From a virus (taxonomy: Duplodnaviria; Caudoviricetes): DNA of 36,846 nucleotides. Shown here piece after piece: positions 9,716 through 19,326 of this stretch (the stretch's first letter is position 1; every line of letters begins with the position of its first letter). Below the pieces are notes generated by a model. That model was not told the origin of the DNA. It did not search any database and was given only the letters and a program-made list of their open reading frames with translations. Location of the stretch: IMG/VR virus record IMGVR_UViG_3300036783_000194, positions 1 through 36,846 of that record; one strand, given 5' to 3'. The position numbers and the translations under genes are program-made.

Positions 9716-11064
9716 TGGGCTTTTCGATCGTCAACGGGGCGCCTCCAAAAGAGTCGGCTCTGACGGACACGCGCGGCCGTGTCACGGCGCCTTGGTTCTC
9801 GTACCTCGTCTCACTCCAGAAATCAAATAGCGGTGTCGTTGTGGGGCTCGGCGGGCTCGATCTTAACGGGCAAATTGTAACGGGCTCGGCAACCTTCAAC
9901 GGGCCTATATATTTCGGCGTGGCTCCCACGTTCGGCGACGCGCCGGGCACTCGAGCAAACCTCGGGCTCGGCTCTGCTGCCACTCAACCCTCGAGCGCGT
10001 TCGATGCAGCGGGCGCGGCTGCCGCGGCGCAAGCGGCCGCGATCGCGGCTTCACTCCAGCGGGCCTCGAATCTTTCGGACCTGGGCAACGTGGCGACGGC
10101 GAGAACAAATCTCGGGCTCGGCTCCGCTGCCACTCAACCCTCGAGCGCGTTCGATGCGGCGGGGGCGGCGACTGCGGCGCAAGCGGCCGCGATCGCGGCT
10201 TCACTCCAGCGGGCCTCGAACCTCTCGGACCTGGCGAACGTGGCGACGGCGAGAACGAATCTCGGCGTACCAGTGCTCGCCGGCGCGAATGCCTTCACTG
10301 GCTCGCAAACGATGAGCAACACCGGGGCCTCGTGTCTGCTCACTGTTACCGGCAATCTCAATACCGGCTTCGGGGGCTGGACTGCCATTGCGGACGGGGC
10401 GCCGTTCCTCTCCGGGCGCATGTATGGCTCAACAGCTACAACGGTGCTCGCCGGGATCACGCTCGCAAATTGGGCCGTCATGTATCACAATTCGGGCTCC
10501 GGCCTCCTGATTCAAACGGCGAATGCGGCGCCTCTCGTCTTCGGGACTTCGAACCTCGAACGCGCGCGCCTGGTCGCCGCGGGCCGGCTGCTGCTCGGCA
10601 CAACAACCGACGACGGCGTGAACCTGCTGCAAGTCGCGGCCGGCGCATCCTTCGCGGCCGGGGTCTCGTTCACGGCGCCGCAAAGTATCGTGTTTGGCTC
10701 GGGCTGGGTCTCCTGGACTCCCACATATAGCGCCTCTGGCTCCATGACGGCCACGCAAAACACTCTCTACGCGGCCTCCTACTGCCGGGTTTCCAATCTG
10801 GTGTTCGTGCAGTTCTATTGCACGGTGAGCCTGGGGGGAACGGCCTCGAATCAAGTGAACATTTCTCTTCCGGTCTCGGCAAGTGCCGCGCTTACGCTGC
10901 AAACGTTGGCGTGTACGATCTCGCCGGGCGGCTCAACCGATGCGGGGCTGGCGCGCATCAATGGCTCCACAACTCCGGGAACGATCAACATCATTCCGCG
11001 CTTGGGGGGCAACTTCACGCTCGGCCTAACGGATATCTCATTCTCTGGCGTTTATCGCGTCTGA
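9715..11064 (+). CDS. Tail needle/fibre-like protein with ARTNLGLG repeats
   Basis: NLSDL..VATARTNLG repeats; C-terminal WVSWTPT..YCRVSNLVFV..FSGVYRV tip domain. Confidence 0.75.
   Translation: MGFSIVNGAPPKESALTDTRGRVTAPWFSYLVSLQKSNSGVVVGLGGLDLNGQIVTGSATFNGPIYFGVAPTFGDAPGTRANLGLGSAATQPSSAFDAAGAAAAAQAAAIAASLQRASNLSDLGNVATARTNLGLGSAATQPSSAFDAAGAATAAQAAAIAASLQRASNLSDLANVATARTNLGVPVLAGANAFTGSQTMSNTGASCLLTVTGNLNTGFGGWTAIADGAPFLSGRMYGSTATTVLAGITLANWAVMYHNSGSGLLIQTANAAPLVFGTSNLERARLVAAGRLLLGTTTDDGVNLLQVAAGASFAAGVSFTAPQSIVFGSGWVSWTPTYSASGSMTATQNTLYAASYCRVSNLVFVQFYCTVSLGGTASNQVNISLPVSASAALTLQTLACTISPGGSTDAGLARINGSTTPGTINIIPRLGGNFTLGLTDISFSGVYRV
9961..10260 (+). repeat. Tandem 150-bp (50-aa) duplication inside the fibre gene
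   Basis: 9961-10110 and 10111-10260 are near-identical, with a few substitutions. Confidence 0.92.
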
Positions 11065-11087
11065 TCACTTAGAAAGGGCTTCTCTCG

Positions 11088-11288
11088 ATGGATTCTCCGG
11101 CCGCGCAAGAGTACAGCTTCACTGATAAAGAGCGCGCCTTCTTCGGAGCGCAACTCGAGGAACTAAATCGGCGCGTCCTGGCGGTGAATACGGCCGCGGC
11201 GCTCGTCGTAGCGCAAAACGGGCTCGCCGGGCAATGGATCGTAAAACCGGATGGGTCGGGCTTGATGCAGCAGGGGGCGAACGGATGA
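11088..11288 (+). CDS. Small hypothetical protein (possible fibre chaperone)
   Basis: ORF in tail operon with ATGA coupling to the next gene. Confidence 0.55.
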   Translation: MDSPAAQEYSFTDKERAFFGAQLEELNRRVLAVNTAAALVVAQNGLAGQWIVKPDGSGLMQQGANG

Positions 11289-11596
11289 GTTTTGAGGTTC
11301 TCACCGAAACGTATCACCGGGTACGGCCGGATATGGAAGCGGCGCGCATCCTGGCCGTGATGGAAGCGGCGATGCAACGCGCGCGCTCGAAACATGCGGA
11401 CTGGGATCACTTCGCGCCGGCGATTGAGTTTCTCTCGCTGGTCATTTTCACGGATCACGCGCGAATCCCGCTCGATGATTACCTGGAAAGTCTCTACTGT
11501 GCGGTGAAGCATGGCGACTTTTCCCGCAAGTGGCGGGAAAAACTCCGGGCCACGAAAGCGGCCGCGGCGCCGGCGCCGGCGAACGCTACCCAATGA
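11285..11596 (+). CDS. Hypothetical protein (MSFEVLTETY)
   Basis: ATG 11285 overlaps the previous stop; its stop overlaps the GNAT start. Confidence 0.65.
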   Translation: MSFEVLTETYHRVRPDMEAARILAVMEAAMQRARSKHADWDHFAPAIEFLSLVIFTDHARIPLDDYLESLYCAVKHGDFSRKWREKLRATKAAAAPAPANATQ

Positions 11597-12018
11597 TCCG
11601 GCTCGCTACTGAGTCGGACGTTCCGCGTCTCGTTGAGATGGGCCTCCGCTTCCGGCGTGAAAGCGACTATAGCTTGCACCTGGGAGAGAATCCCGTAAAA
11701 ATGGCGGCGCTCGCGCGCAACCTGGCCGCGGCTGAATCCATACTCGTGAGTGAACGCGATGGGCGCCTGGTCGGGATGTTCGGCTATATCGTGTTCCCGC
11801 ACTTTATGAGCGGTGAGATAACCGCGGGGGAGGTGTTCTGGTGGGTGGAACCGGAACACCGGGGCGACGGTGTAAAGCTGCTGCGGGCCGCGGAAATACG
11901 CGCGCGGGCTGGCGGGGCAACGCGTATGCAGATGATCGCGCCGAATGAACGCGTGGCGGGCCTGTATCGCCGGCTTAAATACGATTTTGTCGAGGCAACT
12001 TACCAGCGGGGCCTATGA
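11593..12018 (+). CDS. GNAT-family acetyltransferase
   Basis: MIRLATESDVPRL, FWWVEPEHRG..KLL and VAGLYRRLKY motifs. Confidence 0.85.
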   Translation: MIRLATESDVPRLVEMGLRFRRESDYSLHLGENPVKMAALARNLAAAESILVSERDGRLVGMFGYIVFPHFMSGEITAGEVFWWVEPEHRGDGVKLLRAAEIRARAGGATRMQMIAPNERVAGLYRRLKYDFVEATYQRGL

Positions 12019-12626
12019 ATCCTGACTTCCTTCCGTTCCTGGTGATCGATGATTTTTGCGTGGACGCGCTCGATGTGAGAGATGCGGTACTCGAGGCTGG
12101 CTTTGAAACGAAACAGGGGCCGGATGGGGCGATGTATACGGGCATTTCTCAATATGCCGTTCCGGATTGGTTCCGGCTCATTGAGCATTACCTCGGCGGG
12201 CTGATCACGCCGAAGCTCTCATGCTTCCGGCTGAACCTCGAGGGGGAACTCCCTCACTCGTGGGTGCACTCGGATGATATCTGCGCGCAATGGGCATCGG
12301 TGCTCTATCTGAACCTGCCGGGCCAATGCCGCGGCGGTACGGCGTTCTGGCGACATCGCGGCTTCGGTATGAACCGGCTTCTTTCGCGGGAGGAGCTCGC
12401 GGCGCGCGGGGTGGACGCGGACGCGTTCTATCGGCAGATGAGCTCCGAATGGAAGCGGCGCGCGCCGTGGGAGCAAACCGCGCTCGTGCCGATGGCGTTC
12501 AATCGCTTCCTCACGTATCCAACTAAGTTTTTCCATTCGAGGTTCCCGTTCGAGGGCTTCGGTGTGGGGCCGGAGAACGGGCGCCTGATCTGGATTTGTT
12601 TTTATGACCGATTGGAGGGCTCATGA
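12015..12626 (+). CDS. 2OG-Fe(II) oxygenase-like protein (DUF6445-like)
   Basis: VIDDF, HxD (VHSD), VLYLN, GGTAFW, MAFNR, distal His (FHSR) and RLIWICF. Confidence 0.8.
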   Translation: MNPDFLPFLVIDDFCVDALDVRDAVLEAGFETKQGPDGAMYTGISQYAVPDWFRLIEHYLGGLITPKLSCFRLNLEGELPHSWVHSDDICAQWASVLYLNLPGQCRGGTAFWRHRGFGMNRLLSREELAARGVDADAFYRQMSSEWKRRAPWEQTALVPMAFNRFLTYPTKFFHSRFPFEGFGVGPENGRLIWICFYDRLEGS

Positions 12627-13450
12627 GTGTAGCAACGGGTACTGCGATCGCGATCGGAGCGACGGCGGCCGCGGGCGTGGCGGGCTCGGCAATTGGAGCT
12701 CACGCGCAAGGCTCGGCGACGGATAAGGCGGTCAATGCGGAACAAAGCTCCGCGGCGAATACGCTCGCCTTCAATCGCGACGTTTATAACCAAACATCCG
12801 CAAATGAGGCGCCGTATATGGCGCTGGGCAATCAAGCGGGCGCGGCTCTCGGCTCGCGGCTCGATTCGCTCACGTCTTCATTTCCGGGCGGTGCGTTCTC
12901 GTTCACGCCGGCGAATTTCCAGAATGATCCGGCGTATCAATTCAACCGGGATCAAGGAATACAGGGCATCCAACGCACGGCCGCGGCGCAAGGCGGCCTC
13001 GTCTCGGGCGGGCTACTCAAGGATGTTGGAACCTTCGCGTCGGGCCTGGCGGCGAACACGTACCAGCAACAATACGCGAACGCGTTAGGGGCCTATCAAA
13101 TGGCCTATAACCAGTTTCAGGACACGAACGCGAACGCGTTCTCTCGCCTCATGGGTGTAGCGGGCCTGGGACAAAGCGCGGCAAGTAACACGGCGGCCGC
13201 CGGGAATGCGGCCTCTAGTACGGCGGCCGGCATCTCGGGCTCGAATGCAAACGCGCTCGCGGGCCTCTATACCGGGCAAGGGAACGCGATGGCGGGCGCG
13301 ATCGGGGCCGGCTCGAACGCGATCTCTGGCGCTGGAAACACGATCGCGAATTACCTCGCTCAACAGCAACAAATGAGCGGCTCGAGCTATGGGCAACCAA
13401 TGACGCCGTACAATCCCACTTATCCAGTGGATCCGCGGACGGGGCTCTAA
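12623..13450 (+). CDS. Ejection/DNA-transfer protein (P22 gp7-like)
   Basis: Gly/Ala-rich N-terminus; DPAYQF..QG..AAAQGGLVSG motif; position. Confidence 0.75.
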   Translation: MSVATGTAIAIGATAAAGVAGSAIGAHAQGSATDKAVNAEQSSAANTLAFNRDVYNQTSANEAPYMALGNQAGAALGSRLDSLTSSFPGGAFSFTPANFQNDPAYQFNRDQGIQGIQRTAAAQGGLVSGGLLKDVGTFASGLAANTYQQQYANALGAYQMAYNQFQDTNANAFSRLMGVAGLGQSAASNTAAAGNAASSTAAGISGSNANALAGLYTGQGNAMAGAIGAGSNAISGAGNTIANYLAQQQQMSGSSYGQPMTPYNPTYPVDPRTGL

Positions 13451-13452
13451 CG

Positions 13453-15408
13453 ATGGCCTCCGACGCGGGCGTTTACGGGCTTTTCAACCATCCGACTACA
13501 GAGCTACTCGACCCGTTCGAGCTCCAAAGGCGGCGCCTGGCGATTCAAAACGCGCTCGCGGCTCAACAGATACAGCAGCAACAAATTACACAGGGCGCAA
13601 TGGGCCTGGAACAAACGCGGCGCGATCAAGCGGCCGAAGAAGCATTCCGGGCTCAATTCATGCCGGGAACGGCGCCGGCGGGCGCGGCTGCTGCTGCTCC
13701 GGCTCCTCCTCCGGCTCCTCCTCCGGCCTCAGTGCTTCCGGGCGCGCCTGGGGATGGGTCCGCGGCCTGGTCTCCGGCGCTGGCCTCGCCCGCGATCGCG
13801 GCGCCTCCTCCTGCGCCTCCGGCGGCCGCGGCGCCTGGCGGAGCTCCTCCGCTCATGCGAACTCCGGCGGGGCCGGCGCCGGTCGAAATTCCGGATAGTG
13901 CGCTTTATGCTGCCTTCGGTTCAAAGGCGCCGGGCCTCATCAAAGCGCGCGATGAGGCGGCCGCGGCGGTCGCGACGCGAACGCAAAAGCTCGGCGAAGT
14001 TCGGGAGCAGGATCAAAAATACTGGGGCGCGCTCGCCGGCGGATGGGAACACTCTGGCTATGATCCGCGCATGGTTCCCGGCTTGCTGCAAATGGCGGCC
14101 GGGCATGGGCTACAGAATACGCCGGAGTTTCAACAATTCTCGCAACTCGCACAAAGCAACGATTTGGACGGGCTGAAGCGGCTGGCGTCTCTCGCGATCA
14201 CTCCGGAAATTCGAAAGTCGATCGCGGAAACGGGCGCCGCGGACGCGCTCACGACGGGCCGGAAAACCGAGAACACGCAAAACGCGATCAAAAACACCGG
14301 CGCCTTGCTCGCGACGGTGCCGAATCAAAAGGCCTGGGATTCGGTGATCAGTCGCATTGATGATCCGGACGTAAAGAAGGTATTCGCGGATCTCGACTTT
14401 GCAAACAACGGGCGCGCGATCGCACAACAGCGGGGCCTATCGGCGCCGGAGCAGGTTACGGCCGCGGAAACGGCGCGGCGCGATAAAGAGGCGGCCGAAT
14501 GGCACAAAGGCGAGCTCGGCGCGCGCTGGGCGGAAATCAATCTCAACAAGCGTAAAACGGAATTTGATCAGGGGGCGATTCAACGCGCCGGCGAAGCTCT
14601 CGGCCGCGGCGAACTAACGCGGATCAAAGATATAGCCTCACTGCGCGGGGATCAGCGACTCCAAATTTACGACATCGCGAAGCGAACCGCGGCCGCGGAA
14701 GGGCGCACGTTTGACCTGTCCGAAGTCGATAGGAAAATCAAGAATGAGGACTACTACGCAAACGGCAAGGGCGCCGATAGTCTGCGGTCCTTCAATACCT
14801 TCCTCGAGCACGCGGGCGCGGCCTCGGACGCGGTGAACGCCATCCGGCTTACTGGTGTTCCTGCCATCAATAAGCCTCTGAACTGGTGGCGTCAACACAT
14901 GAGCGGGGATCCGGCTCTCCAGCAACTCATCGGCTCGATCGAACCCGTTCGGAAAGAGTTCGAGGGCTATCTTCTCGGCGGTCATGCGCTCTCGGTGGAT
15001 GATCGCAAAGCGGCGGACGTGATTCTGAATGAAGACTCTTCGCCGGCGCAAATGCAACAAGCGTTAAAAACGATGGGCCACACGGCGGCCGCGCGCTCGA
15101 ATGAGGAGAATTTCCGATACAAGAAAGTCTCCGGGCATGATCTCGAGGATGCGTTCTCTCCCGAAGCGATCGCGGGCGCGCAAAAGATCGGAACGGCGCT
15201 CGGCTTCGGGAGCTCTCCGGCGCCTGGCGGAGCTCCGGCGGCCGCGGGCGCTGCTCCGGCTCCGGCTCCGGCTCGAGCTCCGGCGGCGCCTCCTCTGCGA
15301 CTGCCGGCGGGCTCGGTGACTGTGACGGATCCGGCCGGCGGTACTCATTACTTCCCGGATCAAGCCTCCGCAAACCGGTTTAAGAGCGCAGCCAACATTC
15401 GCGACTAA
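13453..15408 (+). CDS. Ejection protein (gp20-like position), Pro/Ala-rich linkers
   Basis: Position between gp7-like and the large ejection gene; helical composition. Confidence 0.6.
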   Translation: MASDAGVYGLFNHPTTELLDPFELQRRRLAIQNALAAQQIQQQQITQGAMGLEQTRRDQAAEEAFRAQFMPGTAPAGAAAAAPAPPPAPPPASVLPGAPGDGSAAWSPALASPAIAAPPPAPPAAAAPGGAPPLMRTPAGPAPVEIPDSALYAAFGSKAPGLIKARDEAAAAVATRTQKLGEVREQDQKYWGALAGGWEHSGYDPRMVPGLLQMAAGHGLQNTPEFQQFSQLAQSNDLDGLKRLASLAITPEIRKSIAETGAADALTTGRKTENTQNAIKNTGALLATVPNQKAWDSVISRIDDPDVKKVFADLDFANNGRAIAQQRGLSAPEQVTAAETARRDKEAAEWHKGELGARWAEINLNKRKTEFDQGAIQRAGEALGRGELTRIKDIASLRGDQRLQIYDIAKRTAAAEGRTFDLSEVDRKIKNEDYYANGKGADSLRSFNTFLEHAGAASDAVNAIRLTGVPAINKPLNWWRQHMSGDPALQQLIGSIEPVRKEFEGYLLGGHALSVDDRKAADVILNEDSSPAQMQQALKTMGHTAAARSNEENFRYKKVSGHDLEDAFSPEAIAGAQKIGTALGFGSSPAPGGAPAAAGAAPAPAPARAPAAPPLRLPAGSVTVTDPAGGTHYFPDQASANRFKSAANIRD

Positions 15409-15410
15409 CT

Positions 15411-18400
15411 ATGTCAAGCTCTCCGATTGATTACGAAGCTCTCGCGCGCAAAGCGGGGGCGCTCGTGTCGCAACCTGCCGGCGTCGACTATACGGCGCTC
15501 GCGAAGCGCGCCGGCGCGCTCGCTTCTCGGCCGGCCGCTGCGGTTCCAGATGCGGGCGCTCAAATGCGATCGCGCGCGCTCGGGGCGGCGGGCGCCGAAA
15601 TGTCGGAAATGGATCAGCTCATGAATTACCGGCCGCCGGAAGTGGTCGATAATCGCGGGCTTCTCGAGACGGGATGGGACACCTTAACGGGCGCGCTCGG
15701 CGGCCTGGTGCACGTGCCGCGGGCGAACGAAATAGGGCCAACTCTCACGGCGGAGAACATGAAAGATGTTCCGGTGCAAACCGTGGCGCAACTCGAGAAC
15801 GAAGCGCGCTCGGGGAACCTGCCGGGCATGGCGGGAACGGTTTTAGGAACGGGCGCCGCGATCGCCGGGCCTGGTCTCATCATTCACGGCATAGCGAAGG
15901 GCGCCGGCGCTCTAGGGCGTCTCTCTCGCGGCGGGGTGCTAGAACCTCAACTCGACCCGGCGGAGGCCTCCGCGGTTCAATACGGCCACGAGGAAGGCGT
16001 TCAAATGCCGGCTTCGGTTCAATCGGGCTCGCCGGCCGTCGCTCATGGCGAAAAGGTTCTCCAACACTTTCCGCTCGCCTCCAAGGTCGCGAAAACGGCG
16101 CGCATGGCGGAGCAATCCACACTTGCGGCCGCGGGCGCTCGCGAAGTCGCCGGCCTGGGCTCGCCGGAGGCGGGGCCGGTTCCGTCTGCTATTGATGTCG
16201 GCGAAGCTATCCACGCGAAAGTAGATCAGTCGATCGCGGGGCATGCGGCCGCGGGCGCGAAACTCGCGGGCTCGGCGCCGTCGCTGCTCGATGTCGGCGA
16301 AGGGGTGAACCGGGCCTCACAAGCGGCGGTCGAAGCTCACGGCGCCGCGGCGGATAACGCCTATGATCTTTTCCGCTCGATCGAAGCGCAACCGGAATTT
16401 AAGGCGCGGCTCCAAACCGGAACGCGGCGCGTAGCTACGGGGGATCTGGACGGGGGCGGAGCTCCCATCTATAAAACTGAGCCTGTCGTTGAGGATATTC
16501 AACTCCCGGTTGATCGCCGGCCGGCTCAACTCGCGTTAAAGCCTGTTCTCGCGCGGATGCTCCGGCTTATGCCTGTGGCGCAAGAACAGAGCTCAGTAGG
16601 GATTAAGGCGCTCCGAAACATAGTCGAGGGCCCGGCGTTCGAAAGTGCCTCGATCACCGATGAGGACCTGGGCGCTATTAAGAGCATTGTTCGGGATAGC
16701 GGCGACGCTAAAACGGTCGGGCTGGCGAAAATGGCGGTCGATCAACTCTCGCGCGCGATCGACTCCGCGGCGGAGCGCGCCGGGCCGGATGCGGTCGCGG
16801 CGCTCAAAAAAGGGCGCGCGTCAACGGTCGCAAAGTACGGCGCGATCGACTTTCAAAAAGACATCGGTTTTCAAAACGCCGGCATGTATGGCGCCACGCC
16901 GGGCGAACCTGTAGGCCTGGCGAATAGCCTCCTGAAACCTGGGGATCGGTCCATTAACCTGCTCCGCAACGTGGCGGAGCAAACGCCGGCACACGTGGCA
17001 ACGATCGCGGACGGGCTCGCGCATGATCTGGTACAGCAGGTGCGAAGCGGCGACGCGGCCGGCGCGCTCGAGAAGTGGCGCGGCTACGGCGACGCGACGA
17101 AAAAGATTCTCTACCCGGAACCGGAGGCGCCGGCCGGCGGCGGAGCTCCTCCTCCCAGTAAGGCGGCCGCGCTCGGCTCGTACCTCGAACGGGCGGCGGA
17201 GCTCGAGCGCGTAAAGGGCTCGCTCCCGAAGTCGGACGCGCTCGTTTCAACCGTCGTGAGTGGCGGCGAACGCGGGACAAACACGCTCCGGACGATCGCG
17301 GCTCACGCGCCGGAACATATTCCGGCGCTCGCGCAAAGAGTGGTGCAAGATCTCATCGACACTGGAACGGCCGAAGCGGGCATGAGTAAACCGCAAAGCG
17401 TGCTCCGGAAGTGGACCGATATAGGCGACGAAAAGAAAGATATCCTCTTCCGGGATCCATACCCGAACACCGGCGCCGGGCCGCGCGTGCAACGCCTGAC
17501 GGACTTTTTCACACTGATGAAAAAGCTCGGTGAGAATCCGAACCCTAGCGGATCCGGCGCGATGCTCGCGATGGTCAAAGGGATCGGGCTGGTTCTCACG
17601 GCGCCGCATATCGGCATTCCGGTACTACTCGGCTCGCGCGCCGCGGCGCGGATGCTGTTCAATCCGGAGAGCTCGCGGTGGATGATGCAAGCTCTCAAAA
17701 TGCCGGCGACGGCGAAGGGCGCGCCAATTCTCGCGCGTCAAATCATCCAAGCGGCGGGGCCGGATGTGGATACCGTATCGACTGGTACGGAAGAGACAAT
17801 AGCGCCGGCGGCCGCAAGTGTGCAACCGTCGGGGGGCGGAGTCTCAAATGCAGAAGCGACAAATACCGGATCCGGACAAACCGCGGCGACTGGAAGCGCG
17901 GCTAGAGAAAGCGCGCCTCCTGGCGCTGGAACGGTTAGCGGGAAAAAATCCCGAAACACAACAGTCGAAATCCCTGGTAAGCCTGGCGCGGGTTACGCGG
18001 CGCGATACGAATTAAAAGAGCTCGGCGACTCGAGGGCCTCTCACTCCGGGCTCACGTTTCAGGAAACGCCGGAGTACCCTCTCGAGAATCAACGCAACTA
18101 TAAGAGCGCGGTCAATCAAGGAAAGATTGTTCATTGGAGCTCTGAGGCGGAGTTCAATCCGGATTATCACGTCGGGCCATCGGTGGACGCGATCAACGGG
18201 CCTCCGGTCGAAGATTCGGCCGGAAACACCATTTCCGGGAACGGCCGGCACATGATTCAAGAGCGCGTGTATGCGGCCGGCGGGAAAGCGGCCGCGCGCT
18301 TACGCGACGCGATCGCGCAACGGGCCGGCGAAATTGAGGGGCTGGATCCGGAGCAGGTGTACAAGATGAAACGGCCGTCTCTGCGGCTGGTCATTCCGGA

Positions 18401-19292
18401 TGAGGAATTTGCGCGCCGCGGGCCTGGCGCAAAACAAAACCTGATCGCGGACACGAACGAACCGGGAACGGCCGCGCTCACGGCCGGCGAACGCATGATC
18501 TCGGATTCGCGGCGCGTCTCCGATGCAACGGTGCATCATGTGGGCGGGCTGCTCGAGTCGATCGGGCCGGAGGCGACTCTTTCCGAAGCTCTCGACGGGC
18601 GCGCCGGCGCCGAAGTGCTTTCTAAGCTGGTCGAGGATGGCGTGGTCTCGCCTCAATCGCGCGCCTCTTTCGTGAAAGAAACGAAACTCGGGGATGTTCT
18701 CACCGAAGAGGGCAAAGAGCGGGTTACGCGGCTGATGGTCGGGCGCTTCTTCGAACATCCGGACCAACTCGCGAAGCTGCCGGCGGTGCGGAATCAAGTT
18801 GAGCGGATCGCGGCGCCTCTCTCCTCCGTCGACTCGATCAAAGAGTGGACGCTCACGCCGGCCGTACAAGAGGCGGTCGGCATCCTCGAGCGGGCGCATG
18901 ATCTCGGGGCGAAGAACCTCGATGATTTCCTGCAACAAGATTCCATTTTCGGCGCGGCCAAGTTCTCGCCGGAAGGGGTCGACCTGGCGCGGGCGCTGAA
19001 GTCGGCGCCGGCCGATGCGATCAAGGGCGCGGCTCGGCAGTACGCCGGCGACGCTGTACACGCCTCCCGCGGCGCTTCCATGTTCGGCGATACCTCAACG
19101 CCGGCGGAAGCGTTTAAGGCGGCCTTTAGTCCAGAGGCGCTCGAGGCTCGCGCGGCGGAGCTCAAAGCGGCGCGGGATGCGGCTCGAGCTCCAAAGGCGA
19201 ACGCGCTCGCGACTGTTCCGGCCGCGGCCGAAGCTCCGGCGGCGAACACTCTCGCGCCGAAGAAACCTCGCAAACCGCGCGCTAAGAAGTAG
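15411..19292 (+). CDS. Large ejection protein (gp16-like position) with C-terminal DdrB-like ParB-superfamily domain
   Basis: 1293 aa; C-terminal YAARYEL..ASH..NQRNY..GPPV...ISGNGRHM resembles DdrB/DarA-type ParB domains. Confidence 0.65.
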   Translation: MSSSPIDYEALARKAGALVSQPAGVDYTALAKRAGALASRPAAAVPDAGAQMRSRALGAAGAEMSEMDQLMNYRPPEVVDNRGLLETGWDTLTGALGGLVHVPRANEIGPTLTAENMKDVPVQTVAQLENEARSGNLPGMAGTVLGTGAAIAGPGLIIHGIAKGAGALGRLSRGGVLEPQLDPAEASAVQYGHEEGVQMPASVQSGSPAVAHGEKVLQHFPLASKVAKTARMAEQSTLAAAGAREVAGLGSPEAGPVPSAIDVGEAIHAKVDQSIAGHAAAGAKLAGSAPSLLDVGEGVNRASQAAVEAHGAAADNAYDLFRSIEAQPEFKARLQTGTRRVATGDLDGGGAPIYKTEPVVEDIQLPVDRRPAQLALKPVLARMLRLMPVAQEQSSVGIKALRNIVEGPAFESASITDEDLGAIKSIVRDSGDAKTVGLAKMAVDQLSRAIDSAAERAGPDAVAALKKGRASTVAKYGAIDFQKDIGFQNAGMYGATPGEPVGLANSLLKPGDRSINLLRNVAEQTPAHVATIADGLAHDLVQQVRSGDAAGALEKWRGYGDATKKILYPEPEAPAGGGAPPPSKAAALGSYLERAAELERVKGSLPKSDALVSTVVSGGERGTNTLRTIAAHAPEHIPALAQRVVQDLIDTGTAEAGMSKPQSVLRKWTDIGDEKKDILFRDPYPNTGAGPRVQRLTDFFTLMKKLGENPNPSGSGAMLAMVKGIGLVLTAPHIGIPVLLGSRAAARMLFNPESSRWMMQALKMPATAKGAPILARQIIQAAGPDVDTVSTGTEETIAPAAASVQPSGGGVSNAEATNTGSGQTAATGSAARESAPPGAGTVSGKKSRNTTVEIPGKPGAGYAARYELKELGDSRASHSGLTFQETPEYPLENQRNYKSAVNQGKIVHWSSEAEFNPDYHVGPSVDAINGPPVEDSAGNTISGNGRHMIQERVYAAGGKAAARLRDAIAQRAGEIEGLDPEQVYKMKRPSLRLVIPDEEFARRGPGAKQNLIADTNEPGTAALTAGERMISDSRRVSDATVHHVGGLLESIGPEATLSEALDGRAGAEVLSKLVEDGVVSPQSRASFVKETKLGDVLTEEGKERVTRLMVGRFFEHPDQLAKLPAVRNQVERIAAPLSSVDSIKEWTLTPAVQEAVGILERAHDLGAKNLDDFLQQDSIFGAAKFSPEGVDLARALKSAPADAIKGAARQYAGDAVHASRGASMFGDTSTPAEAFKAAFSPEALEARAAELKAARDAARAPKANALATVPAAAEAPAANTLAPKKPRKPRAKK

Positions 19293-19326
19293 CAGCAAAC
19301 CTCCTCCTCCTCCCTCACACAAAATC

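Noticed and set aside
19015-19326. N-terminal extension of the tailspike ORF from 19015
   Set aside because: It overlaps the end of the 1293-aa gene and is Arg-rich shadow sequence; ATG 19327 or GTG 19408 is more plausible.
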